DNA of 64,000 bases from a phage, in NCBI GenBank assembly GCA_020241125.1, contig GCA_020241125.1_4708.1; one strand, given 5' to 3'. A model generated the notes under the pieces. It was not told where the DNA came from and made no database searches. It worked only from the letters and a program-made list of their open reading frames with translations. This document shows, in pieces, positions 1-9,685 of this stretch (its first letter is position 1; every line of letters begins with the position of its first letter). Both the position numbers and the translations under genes were made by a program.

Positions 1-1704
1 CGTATCATGAACGTTTGCCTGTGCCCAGTCTTCCCACAGTTCTTCACTACCACTTACTAAACTCGAACCGAGACGAACGGCGATTTTATTTAGTGGTTTG
101 ATTGGGTCACTGTTGATTGTCTGGATAAAATGGATGGTGTAACTGCTCAATGTCTTAAGCAGCTGCAGCATTCCGTATTGAATATCCTTAAGACTGGTGA
201 CATCTTCCAAATCCTGGCCGGTGGCCTTTGTGAAGATATCGAGAGCCAGAATACCCGCCTCTTCTTGACTGATTGCGTCAAGCTCCCAATCCATCGATAA
301 GAACCATTCCTTGTAAAGCTGTCCAATACCGAAGTCGACACCAACATCCATGTAGAAGTTTTCAACGATTGCTTCAGCCATGCCTCGAGCTTGATAATGT
401 TCTTGGAGCTGATACATGAACTGATGGCGACGCCAGCCCTGGTAAATCTCGGTAACGGCGCTCAGAAACTCTTCAGTACTGACGACAGCACGCAGCGTCA
501 CTTGCTTATCCAAACACCACCAGATCAGTTTATCGGGAATGATAGCAGGATCGGTAATGCTACGGAGATGGTCGAATGTCGGTAGCGTTAACACCCTGAC
601 GTGGTTAGCATGGATCTTAGGTACTTCAATCAGCGTCATGCCCATCGAATAGTTCAGCAAATACAAGAACAGCTTGTATGCATCTTTCATCGACATCGTC
701 ATGGTATCACCCGTCACCGGGTTGGTTGTCGTTAACCGTGACTGATACATGCCTATCGCGCTAAGATGAATCCATTCGTTCAGCAGGAAATCATACTTAG
801 GATACAGTTCACTGTCTGTAAGGTCTTCGGCTTCACTTTCCAACACCTTGGTCGTTAAGGTATTGTTGTCATGCATCGACATCTTCTCTATCGTGCGGTT
901 AAGCTCGGTATAATACTCCGCTTCGTTATCCCGCGCTAAAGGGAACTGTTGCTGCATCACGGTGGTGACCTTACGTCTTACCGTGCCATTACCGACGATC
1001 TCTTGAAGGTTAAGCGGTTTACGCTCCATGTAAACAGCAGGTTTTAACGTCTGGGGTATCTCGGAAGCGTCTTGTTTGATCGAGAACGCACCGATTGGAA
1101 TTCCACGATCGGTTAATACCTTTTGAATGAGCTTATCGTAGTTTTCCGTTCTGCCCATGTTTCTTTCAACGTAAGCGATGTTACGATAGAACCAGAGCAT
1201 TTGGGATTCGGTCATGTATCGCTTGAATCGATCGAGACCTTGATGGCTTGCCAGATAACTCCAGATATGGAAGCTATGGGCATAATGGGTATGACAGTTT
1301 TCCCAACGAATACCTTTTATCATCTCAGGTATTTGTGTGAATAGGATGGCGTATAGCGCAGGCCAATGAAGCATATCGACGCTCTCGTATGCCGGATGTT
1401 CCCAGCGTCTGAAGTAATCGTCGATTTCTTGCTGTAAACGTGGAATAAGATTGGCCTCGCGTGACTCAACATCTTGTGTATCGTACCAGAGAATCTCATG
1501 ATTGCGTGCCGCAATTGCTTTCTCGATATCGATGGGGTTAAGGATACCCAAGATCAACATACGTTGTTCCGGGTACCGCGCAATTAAACGATTGAAATAA
1601 TCTCCACCATACGCGTACTCCCTTGCCGTCATGCGATGCCGTAACATGTTTTCCTTAGTGAACTCGATCTCTTCGAGCGTATCCAGGGAATTTACGGTCA
1701 TCAT
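1..1704 (-). CDS. hypothetical protein, N-terminal part (start ATG 1704; gene continues past window start)
   Basis: Manual translation gives a stop-free minus frame from 1704 to position 1 (MMTVNSLDTLEEIEF...); in-frame stop upstream at 1786-1788; absent from ORF track because truncated. Confidence 0.55.
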   Translation of the reverse strand, partial: MMTVNSLDTLEEIEFTKENMLRHRMTAREYAYGGDYFNRLIARYPEQRMLILGILNPIDIEKAIAARNHEILWYDTQDVESREANLIPRLQQEIDDYFRRWEHPAYESVDMLHWPALYAILFTQIPEMIKGIRWENCHTHYAHSFHIWSYLASHQGLDRFKRYMTESQMLWFYRNIAYVERNMGRTENYDKLIQKVLTDRGIPIGAFSIKQDASEIPQTLKPAVYMERKPLNLQEIVGNGTVRRKVTTVMQQQFPLARDNEAEYYTELNRTIEKMSMHDNNTLTTKVLESEAEDLTDSELYPKYDFLLNEWIHLSAIGMYQSRLTTTNPVTGDTMTMSMKDAYKLFLYLLNYSMGMTLIEVPKIHANHVRVLTLPTFDHLRSITDPAIIPDKLIWWCLDKQVTLRAVVSTEEFLSAVTEIYQGWRRHQFMYQLQEHYQARGMAEAIVENFYMDVGVDFGIGQLYKEWFLSMDWELDAISQEEAGILALDIFTKATGQDLEDVTSLKDIQYGMLQLLKTLSSYTIHFIQTINSDPIKPLNKIAVRLGSSLVSGSEELWEDWAQANVHDT

Positions 1705-1926
1705 TGTCTGACAAGGATGATACTCGCCAGCGAGATTCATGTAGTATAACCACGTGCGTGGGTCGTCCCCGACGGCCATCTGGTAGACTTCGGAAACCTT
1801 GAGGTTTAACCGTTCTGCCGTGATGTCGCTTTTAATAATCAGGGTGTCCGTTAGACGCTGCACGCTTTCCGAATAAAGCTGATAGTCAGTGTTGGACACG
1901 ATCGGTCCTCCAAGGAGCCAGTGTAA

Positions 1927-4836
1927 ATGAACGATATAAATAAAGGGCGCGTCGCCCTCGAACGTCAAATGAGCAATAATGACGTTGCGAAGGCACTCAT
2001 GAACAAATTTGTCGCTCCTGCTCCGCAGTCACGTCTTTATAATACACGTGATGCGGAAGGAGCGAACGGTCGTTTCGGGTTAGTTGTTCCCGACCAAATG
2101 ACGATGAACACGGTTACGCGTGCGACCGCGACAAACATCGAGGATAATAAAAACATCCTCGAGCTGTTCCCTGAACTTAAACGCGTGATGCAGATCTATG
2201 TTGCCGCGTTGACGAACCCTAACGATCTTAAGACGGTCGAGATGTTTATCGACAGCGAAGATTTCCCCGGCAGAGTCGCAGAAATCGTTCAGCCGATGAT
2301 CGATACCATCGACACGCATTTTAAGAATATCTATAAAATAAAGACGCTTATCCCTCGTATCATCGAAGACGTCTTCTTTATCAAGGGCAGTTATAACTTC
2401 GTTGTTCTGCCGGAAAGCACGCTCGACCGCGCCATTAATGGTAACGGTCAACTGAAACTTGAAGAATACGGATTTAAAGACAACCATTTTGCAAGTTGGG
2501 GGCTTCTAGGTAACGACAGTCGCAAACGCCACGAAAATCAATTACCTGCGACGGTTTCGATGGAAGATTATTTCTCGGGTGTTAATGAAACCATACCGTA
2601 CGATCCTGTTGTTCGCATAGACAGCATCAAGTTTACCAATACCCTGCTTCGCGATAAGGACGGTAAATTCATTGAAGCGAAGATCGATATTCCGGATATG
2701 GTTACGGTTGTCGATAACCCAGACATCCTCCGCATGCCTATTCTGCATCAACGTCGAGCAGCGACAGCAGTGCAGCGTGCGTTACGCGCAAACACGTTAG
2801 GAGGTAGTGGTTTGGTAACGCTGTCAGGCGATCCGACCCTAACCGCTAACCGACGTGAGCTGTCGCAAGAACAGGTTAACGAGATCTGGAATAAGCTCAA
2901 CATCCAGCGCCACACCAAGGTATCGCCCGTTTACGCGCTGGCAACCCCAGATACGCTTGATCGTCAAAGCGTTGGCCATCCTGGCGTGATGCATGTACCA
3001 CCTGAGGCATTAGAACCCGTACATGCGCCCGGTGATCCTGAGAACCATATCGGGTATTTGGTTCAGTTGGATGAGTTTGGTTATCCAGTACGTTTGGTTG
3101 AAGATGCGGCGTATTACAAGCAGTTGGAAGGTCGGTTGTCGAAGATCACCGCAGATATCGCAGGTACGTCAAGCAACGGCATGGCGAGCGAGATGATTGG
3201 TGCAGCCAAGAACATGATCCAAGGTACGTCATGTAATCAGGTAGACATGTCGGCCTTCGTATCATCGTACGAATCGCTGATGCAACGTTACATTGTCGAA
3301 CGTATCGTTAACGGTTATCTTGGCAGTGCGGTGGAGATCGGTGCGACATCATCGTTTTATCTGTCGATGCTTGCTCGTAGCCTCGCTCACAAGCAGACCC
3401 GTGTTTTGTTTATTCCTCGAGAGATGGTGACTTACATCGCCTATGAATACAACAAATACGGTATCGGTCGTTCGCTGCTTGAAAGTACGAAGATGATCTC
3501 ATCGCAACGAGCCATGCTCATGGTTCAAGAACTGATGGCGAAAATCAAAAGTTCGTTGAACTATACGACGCTAAGCGTAATGCTTGAAGACACCGACAGA
3601 AACCCGGTCGATACCGTCGAACAAGCACTGCATAGTTTCGCTCGTGTCTACCAGTCTGGTTTCCCGTTGGGTGAAACTAACCCGATGGATATCATCAACG
3701 CGTACGAACGAAGCTCGATTCGATTGAAGGTTGAGGGGAATAACCCACGCTTCCCGAAATTGAATACAGACGTCAGTGTTGAGCAGCGTAACTATCAGTC
3801 TCCTGATAATGAGCTGATGGATCGTTACCGTCGTGACCATTTCATGGGCTTGGGTGTGTCTCCGGAGATTATCGATACTTCCTACCAATCTGAATTCGCA
3901 GCTTCTGTGATTACAGCTAACGCGATGCAAGAGAAACAGTTCACGGTTTGTCGTGAGGTGATCACGAATGGGTTATCGGACCACATCAAGAAATATACGG
4001 CATACAGTCCCGTGTTGTTGACGTCGTTACGAAACACGGTTCGTGCGAACATGTCTAAGCTTTCCCAGGCACAATTGAAGCAGCTTTTTGGTAGCGATTT
4101 CGAAAACGGTGTTATCCGTAACGTTAACGCCTATCAGGAGATTGACGACCAATCAGCAACAATGGATCTGGATTACACTAAACCAGAAGTCCAGGAAGTT
4201 ATTGCCGATGCTTATGTGTCCATGTTCTTAAACAGCCTGCGTGTGCGTTTACCGGATAGCAATGCCCGTCGCCTTGAAGATCAGGTACGTGAATATAATC
4301 AGTACAAGGAAGCGATTACTGCGCAACTTGATGATTATTTAACGCCTGATTACGTCATGGGTCTGGGTGGGGTTGATGAAACAACGCTGCAGATGATCCG
4401 CGCATGCATTATTGGTACCGCGATGCGTACGTGGGCAAAAGAGAACAACTTCAATCAGGAGCTGGCTGATCTCTTCAGTCTTGACGATAAGAAGAATGCC
4501 GTGCAAGATTGGAAACGTATGTCCATGGAACATATTGAAGTCATGGGTAAATGCATGGGTGATTTTGCATTGTATATTCAGAATCTGACGAAGAAGATTG
4601 AAGAGAAGATGGGAGCTCAAGCACAGGACGGTAGCGTTTCATCTGATGGTTCGTGGTCATCCGATTCAAGTAGCGATACCGGTTCTTCTGATGACTTCGG
4701 TGGCGGTGACGATTTCGGAGATACCGATTTCGATACCGAAACGATGGAGGAAACCTCAACAGAAGAAACAACCACATCTGAGGAAACGACTACCGACACA
4801 ACGTCAGAAGACGATACTTCAGGTGACATTGTCTAA
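1927..4836 (+). CDS. large hypothetical virion-type protein (969 aa) with acidic Ser/Thr/Asp/Glu-rich C-terminal tail
   Basis: Long ORF; AAGGAG 9 nt upstream of ATG; C-terminal ~70 aa low-complexity (SSDSSSDTGSSDDFGGGDDFGDTDFDTETMEE...); portal-like size but no motif recognised. Confidence 0.8.
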   Translation: MNDINKGRVALERQMSNNDVAKALMNKFVAPAPQSRLYNTRDAEGANGRFGLVVPDQMTMNTVTRATATNIEDNKNILELFPELKRVMQIYVAALTNPNDLKTVEMFIDSEDFPGRVAEIVQPMIDTIDTHFKNIYKIKTLIPRIIEDVFFIKGSYNFVVLPESTLDRAINGNGQLKLEEYGFKDNHFASWGLLGNDSRKRHENQLPATVSMEDYFSGVNETIPYDPVVRIDSIKFTNTLLRDKDGKFIEAKIDIPDMVTVVDNPDILRMPILHQRRAATAVQRALRANTLGGSGLVTLSGDPTLTANRRELSQEQVNEIWNKLNIQRHTKVSPVYALATPDTLDRQSVGHPGVMHVPPEALEPVHAPGDPENHIGYLVQLDEFGYPVRLVEDAAYYKQLEGRLSKITADIAGTSSNGMASEMIGAAKNMIQGTSCNQVDMSAFVSSYESLMQRYIVERIVNGYLGSAVEIGATSSFYLSMLARSLAHKQTRVLFIPREMVTYIAYEYNKYGIGRSLLESTKMISSQRAMLMVQELMAKIKSSLNYTTLSVMLEDTDRNPVDTVEQALHSFARVYQSGFPLGETNPMDIINAYERSSIRLKVEGNNPRFPKLNTDVSVEQRNYQSPDNELMDRYRRDHFMGLGVSPEIIDTSYQSEFAASVITANAMQEKQFTVCREVITNGLSDHIKKYTAYSPVLLTSLRNTVRANMSKLSQAQLKQLFGSDFENGVIRNVNAYQEIDDQSATMDLDYTKPEVQEVIADAYVSMFLNSLRVRLPDSNARRLEDQVREYNQYKEAITAQLDDYLTPDYVMGLGGVDETTLQMIRACIIGTAMRTWAKENNFNQELADLFSLDDKKNAVQDWKRMSMEHIEVMGKCMGDFALYIQNLTKKIEEKMGAQAQDGSVSSDGSWSSDSSSDTGSSDDFGGGDDFGDTDFDTETMEETSTEETTTSEETTTDTTSEDDTSGDIV

Positions 4837-4859
4837 ACGGATGTAAAAAAAAATAACAC

Positions 4860-4908
4860 ATAGTTAACCTTCTCCCCAACCCGATGAGGGAAGGGGAGAA
4901 GGGCTATG
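4860..4908. terminator. GC-rich palindromic hairpin (CATA-/-TATG flanked family), between convergent genes
   Basis: CCTTCTCCCCAACCCGATGAGGGAAGGGGAGAAGG; A9 run just 5' on plus gives a U-tract after the hairpin for minus-strand transcripts. Confidence 0.5.
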
Positions 4909-4922
4909 CGCTATTTAATTTA

Positions 4923-5195
4923 TTACGAGGTTAACCACGATTCAATTGTGGTGAGTTTGCTTCTCAGTACGCGCCAACTAGGGTGTGGTGGGATCACAGC
5001 GCCTTTGTCGATTACGGTTAGCTGAACCTGGTACTTCTGTTGCATACGCGCTACCGTGTCGCTTATCGAGAGGAAAAGCTGGTAACGTTCATATGCCGTC
5101 AGTTCACTGTCCTGTTGAACTGCGTTGGCCGCTAACGTAATTTCGCGTAAGTCCTTTGCATCCACAGAGACGGTAATGAGTTTATATTGACTCAT
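4923..5195 (-). CDS. hypothetical protein (90 aa)
   Basis: ORF with AAGGAA SD 5 nt upstream of ATG. Confidence 0.55.
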   Translation of the reverse strand: MSQYKLITVSVDAKDLREITLAANAVQQDSELTAYERYQLFLSISDTVARMQQKYQVQLTVIDKGAVIPPHPSWRVLRSKLTTIESWLTS

Positions 5196-5214
5196 ACGGT
5201 TTCCTTATCAACTA

Positions 5215-5236
5215 GGGTATTGCAAATACAATACCC
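5215..5236 (-). terminator. intercistronic hairpin (not of the main family)
   Basis: GGGTATTG-CAAATA-CAATACCC, 8-bp stem between 5257 gene stop and 4923 gene start. Confidence 0.4.
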
Positions 5237-5256
5237 ACCGTCGGACGATAAGTTAA

Positions 5257-7815
5257 TTACTGCTCTTCACGTTCCAGCAGATACTCGGAAGCGGTAATAC
5301 CGTTTACCGTACGTACTGCTTTCAGACGAGTATCATCGCTCAGAATTACAGTAACAGATTGCAGACCTTTTACTTTGGTTTCGAAGGTCTTGAACACCTG
5401 ATCCAGCATACGAGCAATGCTTGGGTTGGTTGCAGCCGATGCGTGGGTGTAACCGCTTTGGTTCAGCTTCAGAATCTTGGCGTTGGTCGGTACGCGAACA
5501 ACAACATGCGGACGCATCGCGAACACGCTGTGATTGAACCAGTAAGCATCGTTGCTATCTTCGTCGGTAACGATGTCTGGATTAACACGCATATCCTCGA
5601 CAGCCGCATCCGCCAAACGACGTTCGATTTCATCGGCGTCCAGAGAGCCATCTTTCTCCAGTTCTGCACGATACTCACTCATGGCAACCAGATGACGTTC
5701 ACGATTCGCTGCGGATTTTTCGTGAGCGGCTTTCAGGTAGTCATGCATGTTGTACAGTTCTGCCATGGAAAGACGAATGTTCCACTGACCTTCGCCGTCA
5801 CGATTGCAGTAGAGACACTTCAGCATGTTGACCCAGGTATAGTAGCAATTGGAGAATTCATCTTCAATGAACTTCTGGTCCATTTTAAGATCGTGAATCA
5901 GCCAACCGGACAGTTCTCCGATATCATCAACGAAGCTAGAGATGGTGGTTTCAGAGAAGTTCTTCGGTACGATACGTTTGATCAGCTTATTGACGTCTTT
6001 GGTCATGCTATCGTTCAGGAAATGCCAAATACGCAGAGGAATAACATCTCGATACTGTTGCATGATCTGACGATAAGCTTTGATATCGTCGCTACGACCT
6101 TTATCAATAGACAACGCATCCAGGAATTCATGGATTGCATCCAGCTCTTTGTCGGTATAGGTTCCCAGATAGGAATTGACGGTGGCAAGGAATGCTAATG
6201 CGTCGTTTTGGTTAACGTCGGTGTTGGTCTGCTGAATGATTGCCACTGAAGCTTTGGTTTCAGCATCCTCAACGCTTGACGCTGCGATTGCGTCGGTGAC
6301 GGTAAACAGTTTCATTTCGCGCTGCTCACCGACAACGATTGGCTCACGTTGAACCGGTTTGTTAAGACTAACACGAACAACTTCTGCTTGCGCGATGCGA
6401 TCCAGTTTTGCCATTTCCTGCTCTGCCATACGACGAGCGGTTGGATCTGATTCAAGTTCGATGTATTCCACTTCTTCCTCCGTGAGGGATGTAATGTCAA
6501 CAATGGTTTCATGAAGAATTCCGTTTTCGTCGATACGTGCTCGACGAGCGAAGTGCCTGAAGTCATACAACGTCGGCCAACGACTATTAGGTGCAAAGTC
6601 TTTGGCTTTCAGACGCATCTGCATAAATTCTTCATGTTGAACAACACGACCGTAACGCTTAGCATCTTCGGTCGCATCAATTGGATTAACGGTCTTTGTT
6701 ACCGTAGCAGAACGAGCCGTACGAACGGGTTCCGGTTTCACCTGCGCAGGTTCAGGTTGAACGGGTTTCTGCTGCCCAGCCTTAACATGCCATTCTGGCT
6801 CTTCGTACTGCTCAGCAAATTGCTCAGCCGCTGCAAAGATATCGTTGATACCACCAATATCTCCTTCAGGATTTGTCGAGTAAATCCGTGGTTGTGGTGC
6901 CTCGTAACGCGGTGCTGTAGTAGCAGGTACCTCATCAACGATAGGATCGTCATCACCAACATCATACAAACGGTTGAACACACAATCCTTCGAATCAATG
7001 TACGATGGCGCTTGTGGTTGGACAACCGTCGGCCGAGGTTGTGCACCGTATCCTGGTGTTGTTGGAGCCATGCCGCGCATAACTGCCGGACTAGGTTGGT
7101 ATTGCGGTTGCGGATAGGTTCCACCATACATGGCGTACGCAGGCTGTTGTGGTTGACCATACCCGCTGCTAACCATCGCGCTTGCTTGCGGCCCACGATA
7201 AGTCATCCCCATCTGCATCACCTGCTGCTTCAAACCACGTGACTTCTGAGCGATTTGCGCTAGGCTTCCGCTTTTATTCAGCTGCGTGTACTTATTCGCG
7301 GCTTCCGGGTTAATGCGTGATAATTCAATCGCGCGATAATATTCCGGGTACTGATTCGGTTCAAAGAGCCACGTTACAAGATGATACAGCGCAACTGTAC
7401 TCACGGCAGCAGAGACGATCTGGTCATCGGACGCGTTCTGCGGCATCGGGTTGATGTAAGAGAACACGTTCCAACAACAGTCTTCAACAAGAGATTCCAT
7501 CATCATATCGTTATTGGTATAACGTGCGACGAACTCGGTTTGTATTTTGTCTTGCTGAGCGAAGTCTTTCAGGACATTAAAGATGGCTTGACGGATTTTG
7601 ACGATCGTCGCTTCTTGGGTGATGAAGTTATAGTTCTGCTGATATGAGGGTTGTTGGTATTGTGGTGGTTGATAGGCGTTATTCGGGTATGCGCCGTACG
7701 GCGATTGCTGATACTGTTGCTGACGAACCTGTTCAGCCGCATAATTAACCGTGCTCGTATAAGGGTTTTCGCTATAACCCATTTGTTGATACATGTTGTT
7801 ACTGCCATTATACAT
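5257..7815 (-). CDS. hypothetical protein (852 aa) with Gln/Tyr/Pro-rich low-complexity regions
   Basis: Long ORF; N-terminus MYNGSNNMYQQMGYSENPY...QPPQYQQPSYQQNY and internal GYGQPQQPAYAMYGGTYPQPQYQP. Confidence 0.8.
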   Translation of the reverse strand: MYNGSNNMYQQMGYSENPYTSTVNYAAEQVRQQQYQQSPYGAYPNNAYQPPQYQQPSYQQNYNFITQEATIVKIRQAIFNVLKDFAQQDKIQTEFVARYTNNDMMMESLVEDCCWNVFSYINPMPQNASDDQIVSAAVSTVALYHLVTWLFEPNQYPEYYRAIELSRINPEAANKYTQLNKSGSLAQIAQKSRGLKQQVMQMGMTYRGPQASAMVSSGYGQPQQPAYAMYGGTYPQPQYQPSPAVMRGMAPTTPGYGAQPRPTVVQPQAPSYIDSKDCVFNRLYDVGDDDPIVDEVPATTAPRYEAPQPRIYSTNPEGDIGGINDIFAAAEQFAEQYEEPEWHVKAGQQKPVQPEPAQVKPEPVRTARSATVTKTVNPIDATEDAKRYGRVVQHEEFMQMRLKAKDFAPNSRWPTLYDFRHFARRARIDENGILHETIVDITSLTEEEVEYIELESDPTARRMAEQEMAKLDRIAQAEVVRVSLNKPVQREPIVVGEQREMKLFTVTDAIAASSVEDAETKASVAIIQQTNTDVNQNDALAFLATVNSYLGTYTDKELDAIHEFLDALSIDKGRSDDIKAYRQIMQQYRDVIPLRIWHFLNDSMTKDVNKLIKRIVPKNFSETTISSFVDDIGELSGWLIHDLKMDQKFIEDEFSNCYYTWVNMLKCLYCNRDGEGQWNIRLSMAELYNMHDYLKAAHEKSAANRERHLVAMSEYRAELEKDGSLDADEIERRLADAAVEDMRVNPDIVTDEDSNDAYWFNHSVFAMRPHVVVRVPTNAKILKLNQSGYTHASAATNPSIARMLDQVFKTFETKVKGLQSVTVILSDDTRLKAVRTVNGITASEYLLEREEQ

Positions 7816-7849
7816 TTCTTACGATCCTTTTTATTTATTCGGTTATGTG

Positions 7850-9646
7850 TCAATCGATTATGTCGTGATCGTTAATTTCTACAATTTCTTCATCGAATCG
7901 ACCGACGTCTTTCTTCAAGCCTGCATTGGTTGCTGCAACGTCATTTGCAATTTGTGGGGTAATGATTAACCGACCGCGCTCATCGATAGGTGCGTACATA
8001 CTGAACTTCTGACGTCCGGTTGGTTCGGAGTGTGGAAGATTCAGATAGCTTGCACAGAACGGGATGGAACCACTAACCAAACGACTCTCGTCAGCCAATG
8101 CAGCACCGCCTGCGTTTTGGCTCTGGAGAACAACATGCGTGCTCACTTTGAACAGCATGCAATCACCTGGTGACTGAATCGATGTTGCCACTTTCTCACG
8201 TTTATCACGATTGCTCTGGATATTGAGAATCGCTTCCGTTGCAACTTGATTTCGCAACGCCTTCTGTACATCGCGATTGGTCATCTCTTTACGGTTGTTC
8301 TGTCGTTTACCACGTTCTGTGGTTTTAAGATGGAACCCCAGTTTAAAGATGCTCTTACGCACATCCTCCATGACATATTCCAACACCATCAATTCCTTAC
8401 CGAACATCGTCGTGGTATCAACACGACTCATTTCGATAGTGACATTGTCAATCAGATACGCCATAAATTCGTAGAAGTCGTCGCAAGGAATATTTTCCTG
8501 TTTGAACTTCTTCTGCTGAATCTCGTCAACGTAAAGATCGAGACTGTCGATGTGGTGATTTACATCACGTAACAAACGCGCATCCGCGTTGTTGTTATTA
8601 AAGATAATCAAACCGAGTAATGTACGCCAATGGTCTGGCGCATTCGCGAACTCCTCAACCGGATAGTCTTCCGGAAAACGATCGTAATAACGGTCGATGA
8701 GATACAAGAATGCACCGACAAGGCCAAGAACAATACGTTCCGTGCCTCCGCGTCTTACAGCAATTTGAATATCAGGATGTTTGTAACGTACAGCGCTAGC
8801 GCTACGGCTTTTACCGCTTTTGCTGATACTAAAGCCTTTAGGAATAACCCCCATGGTGCGATAGATTACCCATTGGTCACGCGGAAAATCGCGTTCAGCA
8901 AGGTTCCGTCCGGTTACGGCTTCGACACCTGCAAAACGTCGGAAACACTCACCCACCCCATACTTCGCAAAGAGATAGTGACCCAGTGTGGTTACGCTGG
9001 TGTGGTTGATGTTGTCACCGTTCACTTTACTTTGTTTAGTAAGATGGTAGATTTGCGACCAGGGTAACGACAGGTAATGACGATAATCGATACCGGTCGG
9101 TGTATCATTGCTCAGGAACTGATACGGTGTACGTTTAACCGTGATTTTGTCACGCGGAAGCATGATGAACGCCATGTCTTTCGTGTAACTGATTACCGGG
9201 TCAGCGAGCACTGCACTGAGAATGAAGTTCGCACCACGTAGACGCATTTTACCACCCTGACCTACCGCGGGTAATAGGAGAGGATGTCGGATAATGCAGT
9301 AGTCCTTTCCGGGTTCACGACGGTCACCTGATTCCATCGCGCCGTACCAGCGGAATTCTAGCATCACCATAAACACATCGGATGGCGCAAGGTCGAAGGT
9401 CAGCTTACCGCTATCCTTCCCTTTGGTTTTCTTTCCTCCGCTTAAGTAGTGGAACTGTTCGCGGGCCATACAGCGACGCAGGCCATGATACACCAGATCC
9501 TTAGGTAAACTATCTTTGCTGTTCCGCCAAAGACGATCAACATAGGACTCAACATCTTGCATCTTATCGACGACGATGTTGCGTGCTATCTTCTCGTTCA
9601 TCTTCGGTGCAAGCCCAGCGACAGCTTTGCAGAATCTAGGATCCAT
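7850..9646 (-). CDS. hypothetical protein (598 aa)
   Basis: ORF-track start is GTG at 9649; ATG at 9646 has AAGGAG 6 nt upstream. Confidence 0.8.
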   Translation of the reverse strand: MDPRFCKAVAGLAPKMNEKIARNIVVDKMQDVESYVDRLWRNSKDSLPKDLVYHGLRRCMAREQFHYLSGGKKTKGKDSGKLTFDLAPSDVFMVMLEFRWYGAMESGDRREPGKDYCIIRHPLLLPAVGQGGKMRLRGANFILSAVLADPVISYTKDMAFIMLPRDKITVKRTPYQFLSNDTPTGIDYRHYLSLPWSQIYHLTKQSKVNGDNINHTSVTTLGHYLFAKYGVGECFRRFAGVEAVTGRNLAERDFPRDQWVIYRTMGVIPKGFSISKSGKSRSASAVRYKHPDIQIAVRRGGTERIVLGLVGAFLYLIDRYYDRFPEDYPVEEFANAPDHWRTLLGLIIFNNNNADARLLRDVNHHIDSLDLYVDEIQQKKFKQENIPCDDFYEFMAYLIDNVTIEMSRVDTTTMFGKELMVLEYVMEDVRKSIFKLGFHLKTTERGKRQNNRKEMTNRDVQKALRNQVATEAILNIQSNRDKREKVATSIQSPGDCMLFKVSTHVVLQSQNAGGAALADESRLVSGSIPFCASYLNLPHSEPTGRQKFSMYAPIDERGRLIITPQIANDVAATNAGLKKDVGRFDEEIVEINDHDIID

Positions 9647-9685
9647 CACACACTCCTTTCAGAAAGTTGCTTAAGCAGATTAAAG

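Noticed and set aside
1705-1926. 222-bp gap between divergent genes as a possible small gene or RNA
   Set aside because: No ORF with an SD and no conserved motif or strong hairpin; most simply a divergent promoter region.
5359-7242. Plus-strand ORFs 5359..6198 and 6511..7242
   Set aside because: Lie entirely within the 852-aa minus-strand gene; no SD sequence and low-complexity artefactual translation.
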